NCBI RefSeq assembly: GCF_004010195.1
Contig: NC_057752.1
Coordinates: 11,317,160-11,381,159 of the forward strand
Length of the DNA stretch: 64,000 nt
Source of the DNA: Chiloscyllium plagiosum
Taxonomy: Eukaryota
Reading direction: 5' to 3'
Shown here piece after piece: positions 11,495-24,807 of the stretch. Each line of letters begins with the position of its first letter. The first letter of the stretch is position 1. The position numbers and the translations under genes are program-made. The notes beneath the pieces are model-generated. The model was not told the origin of the DNA. It did no database searches and saw only the letters and a list, made by a program, of their open reading frames with translations.

Positions 11495-12590
11495 TTTCCA
11501 AGACTCTTCAAAATGCCAAGCCACTTGTTTCGCTTTCACTTTATATGACCCATCTGGGAGGACGTTTTTCCACAAATATCCATCTAAATGATAAGACTTG
11601 CTGGTTCCTACCTGGCACCTCGGTGTAGACACCAAATTCTTTCCAACTATCCAATTTTCTTTTGTCTCCTCTTCATTTATCTTCAGTTTTGTTGGCAACC
11701 AGCAGAACCTCTTGGTTATAAGGGCTTTTACTTCAAATGGTGTGCGAGGTTATTCTGTCGTCCTGATTGTTTTGCATATTCTAGTCAAGGTACAGCTTCT
11801 ACTTGGATTTCTGTGTCTTACTAGACTGCTGCAGGATCTCTCCTTACTATGATCAGAAGTTCTGACACAAGTATGTGATTATTTCCTAGCTCAAGCCACT
11901 ATCAAATCATGTATGAGAACTAACGCTGCATTTCCTTGTTTTTGCATTTAGAATCATTTTGTCAATCCATTAACCTTGCCTCTTGTCCATCATCTTGAAC
12001 TTTGAGCTCGTGTTTGAATTTGCCAGTGGCTTTCCCTGCTCTCTCTCAATATTCATATACCTTCTTTGGACTTTTCTGCTTTGTACACTATTTGAGTACT
12101 CACTCTAGGCATATAGGTATCATTCTGCCTGTCACCAATGTCTTATCTACTGTGTTCTGTTCCTCATAACTGTCAAAACATAAGTGAGAGAGGTATAGGG
12201 TGTCTCATCATCTTCAGTTAACTGCTCAGAAGTAATCATCAACTCACCAATTAGCCAAGATAAGTGTACCCTTATTGTTTGACTACCCAATTGGAGAACC
12301 ACTTTCTATCACGCCCTATCATCTTTGGATTTTTCTTTCACTTTTTCTGACTCTCTCTCTTCTCATCTTCAATGCTTTAGAGTTTTCTCTGAGACTTCTG
12401 TCTTGATTGTTTTTCTTGGGTGTAAAACATTCAATTGTGCACAAAAAAAACTAATTACAGCCCCATCTAAGGTTAGAGAATTATCATACAGCACAGAAGG
12501 TGTTTTGGGATTTCTTCCATTGACCAATTGATCAGAAGTATAGCCCTCTGTCATCTGAAGCAAATTCTTTGGAAACACTCTTGACAGAGC
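11495..12590 (-). mobile_element. Degenerate Ty1/copia (GalEa-like) pol fragment: integrase C-terminus followed by RT N-terminus
   Basis: KNLLQMTEGYTSDQLVNGRNPKTPSVLYD (integrase-like), then LDSWKEFGVYTEVPGRNQQVLSFRWIFVEK / frameshift / DGSYKVKAKQVAWHFEE (cf. KARLVARGFEE). Confidence 0.72.
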
Positions 12591-13929
12591 TAACAAAGTG
12601 ACCTCTCCCACCACTTTGGGAGTAGACTGAGGGTTTTACAGCTGTACTGGAAATGCTTGGCTTGAAGGTGGCTGTCTGGAGCATAGGTCTTCAGTTCTGG
12701 TGGTGGAAAGTTGTCGTGGCCCATACCCTTGTTAGTATCCAGTTTTTTTTTAAGCTATTTCTTGACTCCACATGGCTGCAGACTGGCATCTGTGATGCTG
12801 GGAATCTCGTGCATAGGCTGAGATAGGTCATCCAGTTGGCACTTCTGGCAGAGGTTGCTGCAAATGCCTTTTAAACGGATGTGCTGTGCTTTCCATCATT
12901 AAGGAATATTTTGGAGCTGCCTCCTCCAGGGAGTTTAATTATTCAATGCCATTCATGAGTGACTGGCAGGACTTCAATTGATTTATTGTTTGTGGCACTG
13001 CTTGGCTCTGTCTGTCACTTGCTAATTGTGCTGTTTGGCGTGCAAGCTTCACTAGGAAAGCACCTCATTTTTATATCGGCCTAGTGCTGCTCCTGATGTG
13101 ACCACCCGCACTCTTCATTGAACTAGGGTTGATCCCTTGATTTAATGGTCACGGTGGAGTTGGGGGATATGCCAGGCTATGAGGTTACAGATTGTTGTTG
13201 ACTACAATTTTGCTGGTGGCTCACCACCATATGAACCATGCCTTTTTATTTTTTGTCTTTAAAAAAGCAGGGCTACAATGAGAGAGAACTATTTTTAAAC
13301 TGGGGAATTATTAGGATGGCTCCATAATTTCACAACAAGGAATCTGATACCTATTGTGATTTTTTTTGTGTGACTGTGGGTTCCTGTAATGTGCAGGTGA
13401 TCAAATATGAGAGTTGTTGTTTATAGGTGAAGCTGGTTGATTCTTGGCTAACTGAGCTGGTTGGAATTGAAAGCAAGTTAAAGATACAGACGCAAAAGCA
13501 TGTGTTGTTTTCCCCAGACGACACTACCTGTTTTCTGCAGTAAAATAACTTCAGTTTTAAACCTCAAGAAAACCAGTCACAATTCCTACAGTTGCTGTGA
13601 GCTGTGACTTTTGAATTAATAAATCAGAGACATTTTATCAAGTGTATCAGTCACTCTGCACTTCCTACAAGCCAGTGGAACTTCTCAAGAAAGTCAACTG
13701 AATACCAAGGATCTGGCTGGATTATCTCAACATCCAAATCCGGAAGCAAAAACCACCAAACTGACTTTCCAGTTTTTCTCTTCCTCTGCCAATCGTCTTT
13801 CTCCTTCAGGAGAAGGATATAGACCATCTGTTCAGTTGATCTAATCAGTGGCAAATGAAACTCCGTCCGGATAAATGTTAGGTGATGCTGTTGTGTGGGA
13901 CAAACAAGACAAGGGAATACATGATTGGT

Positions 13930-14420
13930 CACAGCTGGAGTATTGTGTGCAATTCTGAACCTGCATTATAGAAAGAATGTGACATCACTGGAGAGGGGAC
14001 AGAGGAGTCTGGATGCTGCCTGGGCTGGAAGATTTCAGTTACGGAGAGAGATTGGGCAGACTGGGGTTGTTTTCCTTTAGAGCAAAGGAGATTGAGAGGG
14101 GACACGATTAAGGTATAAAATTGAGGAGCATAGAGTAGACAGGAAAAAAGGTTTCCCCTTGATGAAATAGGTCAATGACATGATTGATGGAAAAAATATT
14201 TTCACCCAGAGGAAAGTGAGAATTTGGAATACTGTACCAAAAGGACGATAAAGGCAGGCATTCTCAACGTTGAAGAAGTATTGAGATGTGCACTTTCATT
14301 CAGGGCATACAAGGCTATGGACCAAATGCTGGAAATGGAACTAAAATGGTTGGGAGATTTTTGACTGTTGTGGACCCAATCGGCTGAGAGGCCTTTTTCT
14401 GTGCTGTAGATCTTTGACTC
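13930..14420 (+). mobile_element. Degenerate CR1 3' fragment
   Basis: cagctggagtattgtgtgcaattctg (QLEYCVQF) through a CR1-type 3' UTR. Confidence 0.7.
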
Positions 14421-15083
14421 TGCTTGTCTGTGTGCAATTATAGGGGAATTAGTTTTAGTTAATGTTGTATGTCAATGATTTGTATTTGTTTACTTGTAGC
14501 TCTAGTCTAGTTACTTATTAGTAATTTTTGTAATTTGTTAATTTGTATTTTTAAAAATTTTTATTATAAAAATTTTTGTTGTGTACAGAAACTTGGGCTG
14601 TGCTTTCCATCAATCGTGGCCTGAATGTCAGGTAAATTGGGGTACTGTTTAGTTTTTCAAAAAAACTTTTATGTTGGTATATGCCATGATTAACTGGGCT
14701 TAATATACAGTGCACTATCCCAATGATCCTAATGCTGCATCTCCTGCTTGTCCAGTTTTTAGTTGTTAGATTTATTAAAAATCTGTCCTATTCAGCAAGG
14801 TGGCAGTACCGTATGACACAATGTAGGATATCCACGTGGACAGATGCATCAGCAAGTAGATTGGTGAGGATACTGTCGAGTAGAATTCTCCCTCTTGGTA
14901 CACTCGTCATCTGCTGCACAGAGTCCAGCAACAATGTCCTTTGTGATGCAACATTTGCTTGTTTTTTGACTACATAATATGACCAAATGCAATATTAAAA
15001 TACTTGGAAGAATAACTCATTGACTAGTTGTTCAATTTGAATTTGTGTTTCTGCAATAATTCCTACCCCTCTCTCTCTTTCAG

Positions 15084-15190
15084 ATATCCCTCTATCAGTA
15101 GGAATTGTCGACCCCAGAGCAAATCCAACACAACTAAACACAGTGGAGTTTCTTTGGGACCCTTCAAAGAGAACCTCTGTATTTATCCAG
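15084..15190 (+). CDS. TFCP2: TFCP2 exon 5 equivalent, 107 nt
   Basis: ctctttcag| ... CAG|gtataa; (D)[35 protein letters not shown]. Confidence 0.96.
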
Positions 15191-15346
15191 GTATAATGTC
15201 TCTTCAGTATTCAGGGTTTTTGCTCATCCTGGTTATTTAGTGGTGAGCATATATTTTTCTCATCCATTTCTATGTACATAGCAATTTTGAGTAGAAATTA
15301 AAACATTTTGGGGTGTGATTAAATTTATTTTTATTCCTCTACTTAA

Positions 15347-15990
15347 AGTCATAGGGATGTACAGCACAGAAACGGACCCTTCGGTCCAACCCATCCATGC
15401 TGATCAGGTATCCCAACCCAATCTAGTCCCACCTGCCAGCACCCGCCCCATATCCCTCCAAACCCTTCCTATTCATATACCCATCCAAATGCCTCTTAAA
15501 TGTTGCAATTGTACCAGCCTCCGCCACTTCCTCTGACAGCTCATTCCATACACGTACCACCCTCTGTGTGAAAAAGCTGCCCTTCGGTCTCTTTTATATC
15601 TTTCCCCTCTCACCCTAAACCTATGCCTTCTAGTTCTGAGCTCCCCCACTCCAGGGAAAAGACTTTTTGTCTATTCATTCTATCCATGCCCCTCTTGATT
15701 TTGTAAACTTCTATAAGGTCACCCCTCAGCCCCCGACGCTCCAGGGAAAGCAGCCCCAGCCTTAACAGCCTCTCACTATAGCTGAAATCCTCCAACCTTG
15801 GCAACATCCTTGTAAATCTTTTCTGAACCATTTTTCAAGTTTCACAACATCTTTCCAATAGGAAGGAGACCAGAATTGCGTGCAGTATTGCAGCCTAGTG
15901 GCCTAACCAGTGTCCTGTACAGCCGCAACATGACCTCCCAACTCCTGTACTCCGTACTCTGACCGATAAAGGAAAGCATACCAAATGCCT
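15347..15990 (-). mobile_element. CR1 LINE 3' fragment
   Basis: VQKRFTRMLPRLEDFSYSERLLRLGLLSLERRGLRGDLIEVYKI. Confidence 0.88.
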
Positions 15991-16958
15991 TTTGTTTTTG
16001 TCTTAACATTATGAAATTTTAACCAGTTAATGTCATGTTTCCCATTTTAACCATGCCTTAATCCTCAATTGTTGGGTTATGAGAAACCCAGTTCACACTA
16101 GGCATATGAAAAATCAGCCAGGGTTTCTGCTCTTGCATGGATGTGATTGCTCCTGGGAAATGCCGATCTGGAAATCGGGTGAGGACTGAATTTGACTTAG
16201 CTGTGGTGTCCTGAAGTCAATTGGCCTGTTGCCAAACGCTATCACTTGTTTGAAGGGTGCCAACTTACAGAAGATTAATGAACTGGATTCCAGCATGAAC
16301 TTGTGCATAAAGATATGAGTGAAAAATTAACATTTGTAAGATACTTCTGCAAACATTGATGCTTGAAATTTGAGTTTGCAATTCTAGAGTTCAGTACGTG
16401 TGTGGCCCAAACAATTGTCTTTTTTTTTGGAGATAATTCTAATCCTCTCCAATTTCCAGCAAAACAGTACACTGTTTCCTTTCTTGCTGCATTTCAACCT
16501 CAAATTAATTGAAGATCACTTCCCAAAATAAGACCAAATCAAAATAGAAGCAATTTATTTTTATCCTTACAAAATGGGGAGGATAAAGAAAATGAGTGCA
16601 AATTTAAGTCTAAGTTCTGTTGTCTGAATTTGAATTTTACGAATGGGTTCTCCAGATTTCACATTCATTTCCAAATGTGCATCTATTCATGTAATGGATG
16701 GGGGAAGGATTAGCTGATTCGTACTACAACAGAGCCACCTTCCACAGCAACAATGAGTTACTGCATTATTACTGATTTACAATGTTATGCTTATGTGAAA
16801 CAAAGTAGTACCAATAAAAGTACTCCTTGAGAGTTTGAAAATCCAATCACATTTCTGTGTCACTTTCACAGAAATGAGGCCTCCCTGATTTTTCTCAAAT
16901 ATATCTGAATATGGTTTTAGTTCATGGAATGAGAGTGTTGGTGTCAAGGCCAACATTT

Positions 16959-17261
16959 GTGGGCGGCACGGTGGCACAGTGGTTAGCACTGCTGCCTCAC
17001 AGCACCAGAGACCCGGGTTCAATCCCCGCCTCAGGCGACTGACTGTGTGGAGTTTGTACGTCGTGCCTGCGTGGGTTTCCTCCGGGTGCTTCGGTTTCCT
17101 CCCACAGTCCAAAGATGTGCACGTCAGGTGAATTGGCCATGCTAAATTGCCTGTAGTGTTAGGTAAGGGGTAAATATAGGGGTATGGGTGGGTTGCGCTT
17201 CGGCGGGGCGGTGTGGACTTGTTGGGCCGAAGGGCCTGTTTCCACACTGTAAGTAATCTAA
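16959..17261 (+). mobile_element. Full-length HE1-like tRNA-derived SINE
   Basis: A box tggcacagtgg, B box ggttcaatccc, tail aagtaatcta; short atttgt repeat at both ends. Confidence 0.88.
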
Positions 17262-18961
17262 TTTGTTGACAGCTCTATTACCCTTTAAGGTAATGGTGAC
17301 CTGCCATCTCAAATTACTGTAGTCCATGTGATGTCATGATGTGGAGCTGTGTTTGGAAGAGTGTTCCAGAATTTTGACTCTGCCTAAGTGATGACTATAT
17401 AGTTCCAAGTCATGATGGTATTTGATAGGAGGGGAGCTTATAGATGATGCTGTTTCTATGCATCTGCTTTAATTCACAAAGGGGTCCCTTTGTGGATACA
17501 TTTCTCCCAAACCAAATTAATTTGTTTTGAGAGGAGCCAATTTAACCATGCTTTCTTAAGCTAACAAAATAGTTTCTTAATTACTGAACACAAGAAGGAA
17601 TAATGCCGTACACACACATTAGAGATAAGTGAGTCCAAACGAGGATAAAAGTTTTTTTAAAAAATCTACAAATGAGTCTTGATGGGTCACTTAGGAAGAA
17701 TGAAGTCTAACGTCACAGCCACGACATTGCATCTTACTGGTAACACTGGCGTTGGTATTTAATTTTGAGATTCTTGACATTGCAGGTCAATTGAAATTCC
17801 TTTGACCTAATTTCATTTGATGTGGAGGTGCTGGTGCTGGACTGGGTCAAAAATCACATGACAGTAGGTTATAGTTGAACAGGTTTATTTGAGAAAAAAA
17901 AACAAGCTTTCGGAATCTCACTCCTCCTCCAGATGCTAGTGTGAAGAGACATCTGGCACAGAATTTTATAAGTGAAAGATCAGCGTGTCATATAGTTGAG
18001 ATGAATGTATTGGACAAATCTAAGATGGATGTTAAATCTTTAATTGGTTAGAATGAAGATACAGGTTTCGATTTGATTAATATGCTCCAGCAACTCTGGA
18101 AGCTTGACATTCAGGACAAAGCAGCCCTTTTGACTGGCACCACATGCACAAACATCCACTCCCTCCATCGCTAACGCACAGTAGTAGCAGTATGTCCCAT
18201 CTACAAGATGCTTTGGAGAAGTTTACCAAGACTACTTAGGACCTTCCAAACACCAACTGCTTCCATTTAGAAGGGCAAGGGCAGCCGATACAGAGGAATA
18301 CTTCCACATCCCCAGCCTCCCAACCCCACCACCGAGTCACTCATCCTGGCTTGGAAATGTATCATCAACCCTTCAGTTGTCCTGGGTCAAAATTCTGGTT
18401 CTCACTCCCTAACGAAATTGAGAGTCAACTCAAAACACATAGTCTGCAGCGGTTCAAGACAGCAGCTCACCAGCACCTTTTCTAGGGCAGGTAGAGATGG
18501 GCAATAAATGCTGGCCAGTCAGTGACAGCCATATCAAAATACTCATTGTACTGATTAATTTACTTGCATGAATCATAAAAAGAAACTCACTTGCACAGAA
18601 TTTAAATGAGGTGCTCAGACTTCATTAAAAGCTAATTATTACGTTTGAATTTAAGGATAGGTAGCATTGATATATTATTGCCGAACTGGCTAACTTGAGG
18701 CCCTATGAATAGGGTTCAACTCTCCCAGAGGATGGGGAATTTAAACTAAACTAATAAATGTGGACTAGATACCTAGTTTTAGTGATAGTGACCATGGGGT
18801 GAGGTGTTTGTTTGTGTGTGTTTGTTGAATCCTCCTTCATGAACGTGGTTCAGAGGAGGATGTCTGTTCTTTCTTGGTTTGCCTGATATGAGACACCAGT
18901 CCCACAGCAATGTGGCTGGCTCTGTTTTAATTATCCTTTGCGTCAATACGTTTATACTAGA

Positions 18962-19080
18962 GAGATTCCTAATGAAGGGCTTTTGCCTGAAACTTTGACT
19001 CTCCTCCTCTGCTGTCTGACCTGCTGTGCTTTTCCAGCACCACACTCTCAACTCTAATCTCCAGTCCTCACTTTCACCTA
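18962..19080 (+). mobile_element. Short PLE-derived element, hammerhead core mutated (CUAAUGA)
   Basis: ttcctaatgaagggcttttgcctgaaac ... cagtcctcactttcacc; same family as 24509-24703. Confidence 0.65.
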
Positions 19081-19404
19081 ATCAATCCGTTATAGACAAT
19101 TATTAGGTCCATTAATAAAACCGGATAGAAAACTGGCATTGATCTGGGCACAGAAATGACAAAAACCACCCCTGCCTCGTCACCTCTGCAAGGTTGTCCT
19201 CCTCCTAACCCCTCTGAGTAACTTTGAAATGATAAGAGTGTATGCTAAATATAAGTCGCTTGAAAATTACCCAAAAGTATGAAACCTGTAGTTAGAGACA
19301 ACTGAGCAACCCAAATGTTCCTCAACTGCAAAGTGAATTCATCTCTGCATTAGAGGGTACCTCAAACAATGAAATGTTTATCCCGTGTCATGTGGGAATT
19401 TGAG

Positions 19405-21010
19405 TCATAGAGTAATGGAAGCCTACAGTTTGAAAATAGGCCCTTTAGCCCAACTTGGCGATGCTGCCTAGTTTTTGCAATTTAAACTAGTCCCATTTGC
19501 CTGCATTTGGTCCATATCCCAGCATAACAGTTCTATCTGTACCTATCTTAAATGTTTTTTAAATAGTCGTACAGTACAGAAATTGACCCTTCAGTCCAAA
19601 TCGTCCATGCCAACCAAATATCCTAAATTAACCTAGTCCCATTTGCCAGCAACCTGCCCCATATTCCTCCAAACCCTTCCTATTCATATACCCATCCAGA
19701 TGCCTCTTAAATGTTGCAATTGTACCAGCCGTCTCCACTTCCACTGGCAGCTCATTCCATATGTGCACCACCCTCTGCGTGTTAAAGTTGCCTCATAAAT
19801 CCCTTTTAAATCTCCCCTTGCCCCCCCCCCCCACCCCTCCTCACCTTAAGCCAATGCCCTCTAGTTTTAGACTCTCTCCCACCCCAGGAGAAAAAACCTT
19901 GTCTGTTTACCCTATCCATTTCCCTTATGATTTTCTAAACCTCTATAAGGTCACCCCTCAGCCTCCAACACTCCAGGGAAAATAGCCATAGTCTATTCAG
20001 CCTCTGCCTGTAGCACCAGCCGTGGCAACATCCTTGTAAATCTTTTCTGAACCCTTTCAAGTTTCACAACATTGTTCCTATTGCAGGGTGACCAGAATTG
20101 CGCACAATATTCCAACAGTGGCCTAACCAATGTCCTGTACAGCCACAACATCACCTCCCAACGCAATGCACTGAAAAATAGCAGCAAGCATATCAAATGC
20201 CACCTTTACTATCCTATCTACCTGTGACTCCACTTTCAAGGAGCTATGAACCTGCACTCCAAGGTCTTTGTTTAGCAACACTCCCCAGGACCTTACCATT
20301 TAGTGTGTAAGTACTGCCCTGATTTGCTTTTCCAAAGTACAGCACCTGACATTTATCTAAATTAAACTCCATCTGCCACTCAGCTCATCTGATCAAGATC
20401 CTGTTGTAATCTGAGGTAACCTTCTTTGCTGTCCACTACACTTCAGATTTTGGTGTCATCTGCAAACTTAATATCTGCCTCCTTTGTTCACATCCAAATC
20501 ATTTATATAAATGGCAAAATGTAGTGGACCCAGCACAGATCCTTGTGGTCCTCCGCCACCACCCTCTCTCTTCTACCATTGAGCCAGTTCTGTATCCAAA
20601 TGGTTAGTTCTCCCTGTATGTCACGTGATCTAACGTTGCTAAGCAGTGTACCATGGGGAACCTTGTCAAACGCTTTACTAAAGTCCATACAGACCACGTC
20701 CACTGCTCTACCATGATCAATCCTCTTTGTTTCTTCAAAAAAAAAACTCTTATCAAATTCATGAGACATGACAAAATTGTACTCCCTGTTGCGACCCCCC
20801 CCCCCCCCCCCCAAGTCTGTTTCAGAAACTCACCACTGTGTGGTAAAAATTGCCCCTCTGGACCCTTTTGTAATATCTCCCCTCTCACTTTAAATCTATG
20901 CCCCCTAGTTTTACATTCCCCTACCATGGGGAAAAGCTGTCAACCATCTACCTTATCCATGCCTTTCGTGATTTTATTGGCTTCTATAAGGTCACCACTC
21001 AGTTTCCTCT
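19405..21010 (-). mobile_element. Composite CR1 LINE fragments (RT domain to 3' UTR)
   Basis: AVDVVCMDFSKAFDKVPHG; LYRTLVRPLLEYCAQFWSP; multiple frameshifts. Confidence 0.88.
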
Positions 21011-21889
21011 GCTCTGGTTCACTTATCTGTAGTTCTCAGACGCTTCCCTGCAGCCTTTCTTAACTAAGAAAGCCTTCCTGTGTCCGGACAACAAATGCAG
21101 AAAGTGTCCTCAGCTAGGTTAACTGGAGATCTGTGGTTTGGAGTTTGATCCATCAGCCGTTGTCATAATGAAGGGTGATGTTTTGAATGGTGCATTTAAG
21201 GAGCTGGTCACCCCATGGTTGTGTATGCAGACATAAGATAGGTGACTGTCAGGCAGATAAAGAACAACCAGTAGGTAGTTCAGACTAGCCCTGAGACGAT
21301 CTTGCATTCTAACCAGTGTTTAGTTCTGAATATGAATGAGGCTGGGGAACTTCTGGAAAGGGCAGCCAGATCCAAAACTGTAGCTCTCAGGGTGTCTCAG
21401 CTGAAAAGGGAGGGAGGAGAAAGTTGAAGAGCACGATGGTTATAGGGGATTCCATAGTTGGGGGGAAGATGTAATAGTAGGATTTTTTATCCCACACTGG
21501 GATATCACTGACTACACAACACTCTGAAGAGCCTCTGGTCATGGACAAGGTCTGTACCAAGGGCTTGCATATAAGACCGATTATAATCCTTCAGGTGGGT
21601 TTAAAAGATTTAGCAACATAGTTAAGAAGCGCAACCTTGAAGGAAATAAAGGATTACTCCTGGTGCCACCTGGACATCAGTACAAAAACAGGATCGTGCC
21701 CATTACTAGAAAGTCGGTACATGAGGGAGAACTTTAGATTTTTGGGGAATCTGCTACCCTGGGGAAGGATGGGAGTGGTTGCTAAACAGGCCTGGTGGTT
21801 TGCATCTCAGTAGGACTTGTTGGAGCTTTGCGAGTGCTGTTGGCATTGCATACATCAGCTGTCCCTGGATTCAAAGATGCCATGTGCTT

Positions 21890-24320
21890 CGTGTTGAGAG
21901 TATTTGCCGTGACTCTTTATTTGACTAAACAGACCAATTTTCAACCCTCTTCTTCAGACATGGGGGCATGATGTAGTGGAATTGTAAGTTTTGCTTCCTT
22001 TGATTTCCCTGTACTCTGTTATCACTAAAATATGACTTTAAACATGATGCAGCTTGGTTAAACAAGTCGGCGTCATTCTGAAAAATTTATAGCAGTCTTT
22101 CTTCTAGTCATTCATGTTGATGCTCCTGCATTTCAAGGTGAGTTTGACTGTCTCTGAAGCATTTTCTTTGTTTTTCCCTGGAACATTAGTCATTTGATGC
22201 CCAAGAAAACAGCATCTGTCCAGGGAGACACCCTTTGGCCATCAGAAAAGTGTCCAGTCCATCTTGGTTGGTTTTGCAGGAGGTTTCCCTGAATGCTTGT
22301 GCAACTGGCTTCAGGAAGGTCACCTAGCATTTGTTTGATGGACCTCTGACATTGCTGGTAGAATTTTTCAAATGCTTTTGTGTTGATGGTACAAAATCCA
22401 AGTCTAAGTTCAATACACAAGTGGGGTGATAACATCTGTTCTGAACTGCAGAGGTCTCTTTCCTCCAATTTTTGCTGCCATGGTTTGTAAAAGGCTGAGT
22501 TGCCACAGCTGATCTCGTGTTAGATCTCCTAATTAATAGTGGCTGCCCAGGTATGGGAAGTCCTCAGCATATACCAGCTGTTTTCCTTCAGACGTATTTA
22601 GCAGGTGGAATATTTAGCTGACCATGTGTGGGTTGATATGAGTTTTGTTTTGGCAGCATTCAAGGACAGGCCGAATTTCTTGTATGCAGAATTGAAGAGA
22701 TTGAGAGTGGCTTGCCAATATGCAGAGTGGGCAACGACACTGCAGTCATCCTCCAACTGTAGACCAGGTGTATCTATGGTGGTCAGGTTAGTTTTGGAAG
22801 GTTGTTGTACACTAGAAGATAAATGTTTTTGAACTGAGTTCAAATCTGCACTAATAGAGCTTTATTTTAGTTAACTACATTACATGAACCTCTTTTGCCA
22901 CTTATTACTAGTTTTATACATTTATACAAACCATTCTCACTCAATTAACTCTCAGTAAATATATTAATTAAGAGGGTGTAGGTATTATTGGCTGGGCCAG
23001 CATTTATTGCCTATCCCTAATTACCCAGAGATCAGTTGAAGGAGTCAACCACATTGGCTATGGGTCTGGAGTCACATGTAGGCCAGACCAGGAAAGGATG
23101 GCAGTTTCTTTCCTTAACAGATATTAGTGAACCAGATGGAGTTTTCTGACCATTTATAAACTGGAATTAAATGTCTAGTGGTATCATTGAATTCAAATTC
23201 AAATTCAACCATCTGTCATGGCGAGATTCAAACTCTGGTCTACAGATTAATAGTCTATGGTTATACACCTAGGACATCACCATCTATCACCTGTTCCTTT
23301 AATCCATTGGGTCTCTGGCATCCCTTCAGGATTGATAAACGTGACTGATGTTCAAACGTTTTCCATCCAGCCAGTGGTTAATACTGACATTGGAAGGCAA
23401 TTCATCTTTGAGCTGAATAGCTACTGTCAGGTAGATTGTAATTCTTATAGGGGCTTTCACCTAGCATTTCTTGACCCTCGTTTGGATTTGAAGTCTGTTT
23501 TGGGCCTTACTCAAGGCGTTATAGTCATGTCAAATCATGAAGCAGCTGTAGGATTGTAATAGCTTTTTTAGATATCCAAATCTTTTCAAGCATGATCTAC
23601 TGAGTCAAGTATTTTGATCAGGTTGATGAATGCAGTGAAGAGCTCCGCATGTTGTTTTCAATATTTTCTGTCAACAAAGACCACGTTGAAGGTTGCTCTG
23701 GAAAGTGTAAAACAGCACATTCTCTAGGAGATTTATCTGAGCCAAAGGAAGTAGGTGATTTCAGGAGAATGTGTCAGGGGTTTTCCTGCTGTGGACAAGA
23801 AAAAAATAATTTCACTGTTTGTTGAAGATAGATTTGAATATCATATTGCTGCATTTGGCATTGGACTGGTGGTGGGTGGAGATCTTTTTGTCTCCTAATC
23901 CATGGAATGAGTGCATGGAGGCTTCTGTGATAGAAGCTCATCCCATGGGAACATCATTGGGGCCAAGGTTTTGTCAAGTTTCATGATTACGTGTCACAGC
24001 TGTCCCATTTAATGATGCTTTGCCCATAGATTCTACCACAAAATACTGGGGCAGAGCCTGAAGCACATTAGCTGTCACAGTGGCTTCATGGTTGAGGGGT
24101 CAATGAAAATGTTCTTTCCAGCATTGACAGATGGCACAGTTATCTTAAGAAAAAAAGCATCATCCTATGAGTGAATGGGCATGTGACCATTTGACCTTGG
24201 TCGAAAGATGGCCCTTTAGCTTCAAGGAGATCTCGTGTTTCAGGCGTATTTTGATCAAACCAGTACTGATCACGACGATGCTCAAATCCAGTGATCCGAA
24301 CACAGCTGTCTTCTGTGTTC
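21890..24320 (-). mobile_element. Degenerate RTE-clade LINE, interrupted at about 22850-23290 by other repeats
   Basis: DDCSVVAHSA..QATLNLFNSAYKKFGLSLNAAKTK; KAFEKFYQQCQRSI; QNQPRWTGH (cf. RTE RFHQRCLR, QLRWAGH). Confidence 0.7.
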
Positions 24321-24508
24321 TGGAATGGAGTTGAAATGTAGAATCATATAATCCCTACAGTGCAGAATTCAGCCCATTGAGTCTTCACCAACCCTCTGAA
24401 AACCATCCCACCCAGATCTAGCCCTGACCCGTTCCCTGTAGTTCTGCATTTCCTATGGCTCACCTATCTAGCCTGCACATCCCTGAAAGCTGGGGCAGTT
24501 TAACATGG

Positions 24509-24703
24509 GGAGAAAGTGAGGGCTGCAGATGCTGGAGATCAGAGCTGAAAATGTGTTGCTGGAAAAGCGCAGCAGGTCAGGCAGCATCCAAGGAACAGGA
24601 GAATCGACGTTTCGGGCATAAGCCCTTCTTCAGGAACGTCGATTCTCCTCTTCCTTGGATGCTGCCTGACCTGCTGCACTTTTTCAGCAACACATTTTCA
24701 GCA
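24509..24703 (-). mobile_element. Short PLE-derived hairpin element with intact-core hammerhead (about 24602-24636), inserted in an HE1-like SINE (about 24338-24805)
   Basis: Reverse complement ttcCTGAAGAaGGGCttatGCCCGAAAcgtcgattc; inverted arm 24635-24702; TSD gcagtttaacatgg/gcaatttaacatgg. Confidence 0.82.
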
Positions 24704-24807
24704 GCAATTTAACATGGCCAATCCACCCTTACCTGTGCATCTTTAGACCATAGGAGGAAATCCGAGCCCCCAGAGGAAGCCCACATGGTCATGGAAAATG
24801 TGCAGAG

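Noticed and set aside
16961..17035. tRNA gene
   Set aside because: The A/B boxes belong to the SINE head and continue into SINE body and tail; the same applies at about 2700-2773 and 62050-62125
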